Of a stretch of 64,000 nucleotides of DNA, positions 55,201 to 64,000 are shown one piece after another. The DNA is from the human T2T-CHM13v2.0 reference genome, Homo sapiens. The notes beneath the pieces are model-generated. The model saw nothing but the letters and a program-made list of their open reading frames with translations. It ran no database searches and was not told where the DNA came from. A program made the translations under genes and the position numbers. The stretch lies in assembly GCF_009914755.1 (NCBI RefSeq), contig NC_060944.1; one strand, written 5' to 3'. The number at the start of each line of letters is the position of its first letter. The stretch's first letter is position 1.

Positions 55201-58200
55201 TCTACAAAAGGACTCTTTCCAAACTGCTCACTCCAAAGAAATTTTCAACTCTGTTATATGAATTCACACATCACAAAATTTCTCAGAATGCTTCTGCCTA
55301 GATTTTATGTGTAGATATTTCCTTTTTCACCATAGGTGTCAAACTGCTCACAAATATCCCTCTGCAGATACTATAAAAAGACTGTTTCCAACCTGCTCAA
55401 TCAAAAGAAAGATTCAACTATGTGAGACAAATGCACACGACACAAAGAAGTTTCTCAGAAAGCTTCTGTCTACTTTTTATGTGAATATAATTCCTTTTTC
55501 AACATAGGGCTGAAAGCTCTCCAAATATCCCTTTGCAGATTCTACAAAAAGACTTTTTCCAAACTACTCAATCAAAACAAAGATTCAACCCAGTGAGATG
55601 AATGCACACATCACAAAGTAGTTTATCAGAATGCTTCTGTCTAGTTTTTATGTGAAGATATTTCTTTTTCAACACAGGCCTCAAATGACTCAGAAATATC
55701 CCTTTGCAGATTGTCCAAAAAGACTCTTTCCAAACTGCTCAATCAAAGAAAAGGTTCAACATGTGAAATGAAAGTGCACATCACAAAGAAGTTTCTCAGA
55801 TGGTTTCTTTGTAGTTTTAATGTGAAGATATTTCCTTTTTCACCATACGCCTCAGTGGATTCAAAAATATCCCTTTGGAGATCCTACAAAAGGCTTCTTT
55901 CCAAACTGTTCTAACAACGGAAAATTTTAACTCTGTGAGGTGAAAGGACACATCACAAATAAGTTTCTCAGAAAGCTTCCGTCTAGTTTTTATGTGAAGA
56001 TATTTCGTATTTCACCTTAGGCCATAAAGGGATCACAAATATCCCTTTACAGAATATACAAAAAGACTGTTTCCAAGCTGCTCCATCAAAAGAAAATTTC
56101 AACTGTATGAGATGAATGAACACATCACAAAGATGTTTCTCAGAAAGCTTCTGTCTAGTTTTTATGTGAAGATATTTCTTTTTCACCATAGGCCTCAAAC
56201 ATCTAAGAAGTATCCCTTTGCAGATTGGACAAAAAGACTGTTTCAAAACTGCTCAATCAAAAGAAATTTTCAACTTTGTGTGATGAATGTACACATCACA
56301 AAGAACTTTCTCAGAATGCTTCTATCTAGTTTTTATCTGAAGATATTTACTTTTTCACCATAGGCCTTAAACCGCTCCCAAATATCCCTCTGCATATACT
56401 TCAAAAAGACTGCTTCCAAACTGCTCAATGAAAAGAAAGGTTCAAGTCTGTGAGATAAAAGCACACATCACAAAGAAGTTCTTCAGAAAGTTTCTCACTA
56501 GATTTTATATGAAGATATTTAGTTTTTCACCACAAGCCGCAGAGCGCTCCAAATATCCATTTGCAGATATATCAAAAAGACTGCTTCCAAACTGCTCAAT
56601 CAAAATAAAGTTTCAACTCTCTGAGATGAATGCAAACATCACAAAGACGTTTCTCAGAATGCTTCTGTCTAGTTTTTCTGTGAAGATATTTCCTATTTCA
56701 CCGTGGGCCTCAATGGGCTCACATAGATCCTTTGGCAGATTCTACAAAAAGACTGTTTCTGAAGTTCTCAATGAAAAGAAAGGTTCAACTCTGGGAGATG
56801 AATGCACACATGAAAAAGAAGTTTCTCAGAATGCCTCTGTCTGGTTTTTATGTGAAGTTATTTCTTTTTCACCATAGGCCTGAATCAGCTAAGAAATTTC
56901 CCTTTGCACCTTCTACAAAAGACTGTTTCCAAACTGCTCAATCGAAAGAAAGGTTGAATTCTGTGACATGAATTCACACATCACAAAGAAGTTTCTCAGA
57001 AATCTTCTGTCTAGTTTTTATGTGAAGATACTTCCTTTTTCACCATGGGCCTCAAATAACTCCAAATATCCATTTGCAGATTCTACAAAAAGACTTTCCA
57101 AACTGCTCAATCAAAAGAAACGTTCAACACTGTGAGATGAAAGCACACATCACAAAGAAGTTTCTCAGAAATCTTCTGTCTAGTTTTTATGTGAAGATAT
57201 TTCGTATTTCACCACAGGCCATAAAGGGCTCACAAATATCCCTTTGCAGATTCTACAAAACGACTGTTTCCAAACTGCTCAATCAAAAGAAAGGTTCAAC
57301 TCTGTGACATGAATGGACACATCACAAAGAAGTTTCTCATGAATGCTTCTGTCTAGTTTTTATGTGCAGATGTTTTGTTTTCACCATAGGCCTCAAATGG
57401 CTCAGAAATATCCCTTTGCAGATTGTACAAAAAGACTGTTTCTAAACTGCTCAATCAAGGCAAAGTTTCAACTCTGTGAAATGAAAGCCCACATCACAAA
57501 GAAGTTTCTCAAAATGTTTTTGTCTAGTTTTTATGTGAGTATATTTCCTTTTTGACTGTAGGCCTCAAAGCTCTCCAAATATCCATTTGTAGATTCTTCA
57601 AAAAGACTGTTTCCAAAGTGATCAATCAAAAGAAAGTTTCAACTCTGTAGGATGAAAGCACACATCACAAAGTAGTTTCTCAGAAAGCTGCTGTCTAGTA
57701 TTTATATGAAGATATTTCCTATTTCACCATAGGCCTCAAAGGGATCACAAATATCCCTTTGCAGATTCTACAAAAAGACTGTTTCCAAACTGCTAAATGA
57801 CAAAAAATTTCAACTCTGTGAGGTGAATGCACATATAAAAAAGAAGTTTCTCAGAATGCTTCTGTCTAGTTTTTATGTGAGGATATTTCTTTTTCACCAC
57901 AGGCCTGAAACTACTCAGAAATATTCCTTTGCAGATTGCACAAAAAGAATGTTTCCAAACTCCTCAATGAACAGAAAGGTTCAACTCTTTGAGATGAATG
58001 CAAACATCACAAAGAGTTATCTCAAAAACTTCTGCCTGGTTTTTATGTGAAGATATTTAGTTTTTCACCATAGGCCTCAAACTGCTCAAAAATATACCTT
58101 TGCAGATTCTATACAATGACTTGTTCCCAAACTGCTCAATGGAAAGAAAGGTTCAAATCTGTGATATGAAAGCACGCATCACAAAGAAGTTTCTCAGAAT

Positions 58201-61200
58201 GCTTCTGTCCAGTTATTATGTGAAGATATTTCCTATTTTGCTATAGGACTCAAAGGGCTCAGAAATATCCCTTTGCAGATTCTACAAAAGGACTGTCTCC
58301 AAACTGCTCAATCAAAAAAAAAGGTTCAACTCTGTGAGATGAAAGCACACATCACAAAGAAGTTTCTCAAAAACTTCTGTCTAGTTTTTATGTGAAGATA
58401 TTTCCTATTTCACCATAGTCCTCAAAGGGCTCAGAAATGTCCCTTTGCAGATTCTTTGAAAAGACTGTTTCCAAACTACTGAATGCAATGAAAGGTTTAA
58501 CTCTGTGGGATGAAGGCACATATCACAGAGAAGTTTCCCAGAATGCTTCTGTCTAATTTTATGTGAAGATATTTCTTTTTCACCATAGGCCTCAAATCAC
58601 TCAGAAATATCCCTTTACAGATTGTGCAAAAAGACGGTTTTCAAACAGCTCAATGAAAAGGAAGATTCAACTCTGGGAGATGAATGCAAATATCACAAAG
58701 AGGTTTCTCAAAAATCTTCTGTCTGGTTTTTACGTGAAGGTATTGCCTTTTTCACCATAGGCCTCAAACCACTCATAAATATCCCTATTCAGATTCTACA
58801 AAAAGACTGTTTTCAAACTGCTCAATGAAAGAAAGGTTAAACTCTGAGATGAAAGCACACGTCACAAAGAAGTTTCTCAGAATGCTTTTGTCTAGTTTTA
58901 TGTGAAGAAGTTTCCTTTTTTCACCATAGGCCTCAAAGAGCTCCAAATATCCACCTGCAGATTCCATGAAAAGACTGTTTCCAAATTGCTCAATCAAAAG
59001 AACTGTTCAACTCTGTGAGATGAATGCACACATAACAAAGAAGTTTCTCAAAAAACTTCTGTTTACTTTTTATGTGAAGATATTTCCTTTTTCACCATGG
59101 GCCTCAAAGCACTCCAAATATCCACTTGCAGATTCTACAAAAAGAGTGTTTCCAATCTGCTCAATCAAAAGAAAGGTTCCACTCTGTGAGATGAAAGCAC
59201 ACATCACAAAGAACTTTCTTAGAAACCTTCTATCTAGTTTTTATGTGAAGATATTTCATATTTCAAAGTAGGCCTCAATGGGCTCAGAAGTATACCCTTG
59301 CAGATACTACAAAAAAAGTGTTTCCAAACAGCTCAATCAAAAGAAAGGTTTAACTCTGTGAGATGAATGCACACATCACAAAGAACTTTCTCAGAATGCT
59401 TCTGTCTAGTTTTTTTGAGAAGCCATTTCCTCTTTCACTATAGGCCTCGGTCCACTCACTAATAGCCCTCTGCAGATACTACAAAAAGTCTCTTTCCCAA
59501 CTGCTGAATCAAAATAAAGGTTCAAATCTGTGAGATGAAAGCCCACATCACAAAAAGTTTCTCAGAAAGTTTCTGTCTAGTTTTTATGTGAAGATATTTC
59601 CTATTTCACCTTTGGCCTCAAAGGGATCACAAATATCCCTTTTCAGATTCTACAAAAAACTGTTTCTGAACTACTTCATAAACAGAAAGGTACAACTCTG
59701 TGAGATGAATGCACACATAAAAAATTAGTTTCTCAGAATGCTTCTGTCCAGTTTTTATGTGAAGATATTACTTTTTCACCAGAGGTCTCAAACCGCAAAC
59801 AAATATTCATTTGCAGATTGCACAAAAAGTATGTTTCCACACTGCTCAGTAAACAGAAAGGTTCAACTCAGTGAGATGAATGCAAACATCACAATGAGTT
59901 TTCTCAAAATGCTTCTGTCTAGGTTTTATGTGAAGATATTACTTTTTCACCATAGGCCTCAAGCTGCTCACAAATATCCCTTTGCAGATTCTACAAAATG
60001 ACTTATTGCCAAACTGCTCAATGAAAAGGAAGGTCCAAATATGTGAGATGAAAGCACACATCACAAAGAAGTTTCTCAAAAAGTTTCTGTCTAGTTTTTA
60101 TCTGCAGATATTTCCTTTTTCACCATAGGCCTCAAAACACTCCAAGTATCCATTTGCAGGCTCTACAAAAAGAGTGTTTCCAAAGTGCTCAATCAAAAGA
60201 GAGGTTGAACTCTGTGAGGTGAAAGCATACAGCACAAAGAAGTTTTTCAGAAAGCTTCTGTCAAGTTTTTATGTGAAGATATTTCCTATTTCACCATAGG
60301 CCTCAATGGGCTCACAAATATCCCTTTGCAGATTCTACAAAAGACTCTTTCCAAACTGCTCAATCAAAGGAAAGTTTCAGCTCTGTGACATGAATGCACA
60401 CACCACAAAGAAGTTTCTCAGAATGCTTCTGTCTAGTTTTTATATGAAGATATTTCCTGTTCATAATAGGCCTAAAATGCTGCAAATATCCATTTGCAGA
60501 TTCTACTAAAAGACTGCTTCTAACCTGCTCAATCAAAAGGAAAGTTCAACTCTGTGAGGTGAAAGCACACATCACAAAGAAGTTTCTCAGAAAGCTTCTG
60601 TCTAGTTTTTATGTGAAGATATTTCCTATTTCACCACAGGCCTCAATGGACTCACAAATATCCCTTTCCAGATCCTACAAAAAGACTGTTTCCAAACTGC
60701 TCAATGAAAAGAAAGTTTCAACTCTGTGAGGTGAATGCACACATCATAAAGAAGTTTCTCAGAATGTTTTTGTCTTGTTTTTATCTGAAGATATTTCTCT
60801 TGCACTGTAGGCCTCAAATAGCTCAGAAATATCCCTTTGCAGATTGTACAAAAAGACTGTTTCCAAACTGCTCAATCAAAAGAAAGTTTCAACACTGTGA
60901 GATGAATGCACACATCACAAAGAAGTTTCTCAGAAAGCTTCTGTTTAGCTTTCATGTGAAGATATTTCTGTTTTCACCATAGGCCTCAATGGGCTCAGAA
61001 ATATCCCTTTGCAGATTCTACAAAAGGACTGTTTAGAAAACTGCTCAATCCAAAGAAAGTTTCAACTCTGTGAGATGAATGCACACATCTCAAAGAAGTT
61101 CCTCACAATGGATCTGTCGAGCTTTTATGTGAAGATATATCCTTTTTAACCATAGGCCTTAAACTGCTCACAAATATCCCTCTGCAGATACTACAAAAAG

Positions 61201-64000
61201 ACTGTTTCCAAACTGCTGCATCCAAAGAAATGTTCAACTCTGTGAGATGAATACACACATCACAAAGAAGTTTCTCAGAATGCTTCTGTCTGGTTTTTAT
61301 GTGAAGATATTTCCTTTTTCACCATAGGCCTCAAAGTGCTCCAAATATCCATTTACAGACTCTACAAAAAGAGTGTTTCCAAACTGCTCATTCAAAAGAA
61401 ATGTTCAAATCTGTGAGATGAAAGCACACATCGCAAACTGGTTTCTCAGAAAGTTTCTGTCTAGTTTTTATGTGAAGATATTTCCTATTTCACCGTAGGC
61501 CATAAAGGGCTCACAAATATTTTTTGCAGATTCTTCAAAAAGACTGTTTCCAAACTGCTCTATCCAAAGAAAGGTCCAACTCTGTGAGATGAATGGACAC
61601 ATCACAAAAAAATTTCTCAGAATGCGTCTGTTCAGTTTTTTTGTGAAGATATTTGTTTTTCACCCTAGGCCTCAATGGGCTCAGAAATATCCCTTTGCAG
61701 ATTCTCAAAAAAGACTGTTTCCAAACTTCTCAATCTAAAGAAAGGTTCACCTGTGTGAATTGAATGCATACATCACAGAGAAGTTTCCCAGAATGCTTCT
61801 GTCTAGTTTTTATGTGAAGGTATTTCCTTTTTCACCATAGGCCTCAAACCACTCACAAATATCCCTCTGCAGATACAACAAAGGACTGTTTCCAATCTGC
61901 TAAAACAAAAGATAGGCTCAACAACATGAGATGAATGCACACATCACAAAGAAGTTTCTCAGAATGTTTCTGTCTAGTTTTAATGTGAAGATATTTACTT
62001 TTTCACCATAGGCCTCAAAGCACTCCAAACATCCATTTGCAGATTCCACAAAAAGACTGTTTCCAAACTGCTCAATCAAAAGAAAGGTTCAACTCTGTGT
62101 GATGAAAGCACACATCACAAAGAAGTTTCTCAGAAAGCTTCTGTCTAGTTTTGTGTGAGGATATTTCCTATTTCCCCACAGGCCTCAATGAACCCACAAA
62201 TATCCCTTTGCAGATTCTACAAAACGACTGTTTCCGAACTGCTCAATGAAAAGAAAGTTTCAACTCTGTGATGTGAAAGCACACATAAAACAGAAGTTTC
62301 TCAGATTCCTTCTGTATAGTTTTTATGTGAAGATATTACTTTTTCACCATAGGCCCCAAACGGCTCAGAAATATCCCTTTGCAGATTGTACAAAAAGACG
62401 GTTTCCAAACTGCTCAATGAAAAGGAAGATTCATCTCTGTGAGATGAATGCACACATGAAAAAGAAGTTTCTCAGAATGCTTCTGTCTAGTATTTATGTT
62501 AAGATATTTCCTTTTTCACCATAGGCTTTAAACCGCTCACAAATATCCCTCTGCAGATACCACAAGAAGACTGTTTCCAAACTGCTCCATGAAAACAATG
62601 GCTCAACTCTGTGAGATTAATGTACACATCACACAGAAGTTTCTCAGAATGATTCTTTTTAGTTTTTATGTGAAGATATTTCCTATTTCATCATAGGCTG
62701 TAAAGGGTTCACCAATATCTGTTTGCACATTCTAAAAAAAGACTGTTTCCAAACTGCTCAAACAAAAGAAAGGTTCAACTCTGTGAGATGAATGCACACA
62801 TCAGAAAGAAGTTTCTCAGAATGCTTCTGTCTAGTTTTTATGTGAAGATATTTGTTTTTCACCATAGGCCTCAAACAGCTCAGAAATATCCTTTTGCAGA
62901 TTTTACAAAAAGACTGTTTCCAAACTGCTCAATCAAAAGAAAGGTCCAACACTCTGAGATGAATGCACACATCACAAAGAAGTTTCTCAGAGAGCTTCTA
63001 TTTTGTTTTTATTTAAAGATGTTTCCTTTTCACCATAGGCCTCAATGGGCTAAGAAATATCCCTTTGCAGATGCTACAAAAGGACTGTTTAGAAAACTGC
63101 TGAATCCAAAGAAAGATTCAACTCTGTGAGATGAATGCACACGTCACAAAGAAGTTTCTCAGAATGCATCTGTCCAGTATTTTCTATGTGAATATGTTTC
63201 CTTTTTCACCATAGGCCTCAAAGCAGTCCAAATACCCATTTGCAGATTCTACAAAAAGAGTGTTTCCAAACTGCTCAATCAAAAGAAAGGTTCAACTCTG
63301 TGACATGAAAGCACACATCACAAAGAAGTTTCTCAGAAAGTTTCTGTCTAGTTTTTTTGTGAAGATATTTCCTATTTCACCACAGGCCATATAGGGCTCA
63401 CAAATATTTTTTGCAGATTCTACAAAAAGACTGTTTCCAAACTGCTCAATCCAAAGAAAGTTTCAACTCTGTGAGATGAATGGACACATCACAAAAAAGT
63501 TTACTAGAATGCTTCTGTCTAGTTTTTATGTGAAGATATTACTTTTTCACCCTATGCTTCAATGGGCTCAGAAATATCCCTTTGCAGATTCTACAAAAGG
63601 ACTGTTTCCAAACTGCTCAGTCAAAGAAAGATTCACCTCTATGAGATGAATGCACACATCACAGAGATGTTTCTCAGAATGCTTCTGCCTAGTTTCTATG
63701 TGAAGGTATTTCCTTTTTCACCATAGGCCTCAAAGCGCTCCAAACATCCATTTGCAGATTCCACAAAAAGACTGTTTCCAAACTGCTCAATCAAAAGAAA
63801 GGTACAACTCTGTGAGTTGAAAGCACACATCACAAAGAAGTTTCTCAGAAAGCTTCTGTCTAGTTTTTCTGTGAGGATAATTCCTGTTAAACCATGGGCC
63901 ATAAAGGGCTCACAAATATTTTTTGCAGATTCTAGAAAAAGATTGTTTCCAAACTGCTCAATACAAAGAAAGGTTCAACTCTGTGAGATGAATGGACACA
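46232..64000 (-). repeat. Alpha-satellite block 4, divergent A-type monomers (runs off the window end)
   Basis: 171-bp units with CTCACAAATATCCCTTTGCAG, AAAAGACTGTTTCC, CAGAAAGCTTCTG and TTCCTTTTTCACCATAG. Confidence 0.97.

Overview
This window is primate (hominoid-type) pericentromeric DNA, not a gene-coding region. About 96% is divergent ~171-bp alpha-satellite (roughly 360 monomers), nearly all A-type monomers with the pJ-alpha motif. The array lies in four orientation blocks, switching at ~379, ~12,760 and ~46,232, and in several sequence layers. Three retrotransposons with target-site duplications (TSDs) interrupt it: a 5'-inverted L1PA2-like element with a probable short 3' transduction (3419-4685), a 5'-truncated L1PA3-like element (36745-37621) and an AluYe5-like element (44359-44659). 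There are no real protein genes; the ORF track is alphoid read-through or L1 ORF2 fragments. I found no new enzymatic or coding system. The most interesting structure is (1) one perfect CENP-B box at 38790-38806 in a foreign-looking island, (2) an adjacent 264-bp tract that is a ~97% identical inverted copy of 11976-12239, (3) two large orientation junctions at reciprocal registers of the monomer, and (4) many local duplications and relic higher-order repeats (HORs). All comparisons were made by eye and need alignment to confirm. For alpha satellite, '+' means the strand reading CATTCTGAGAAACTTCTTTG.
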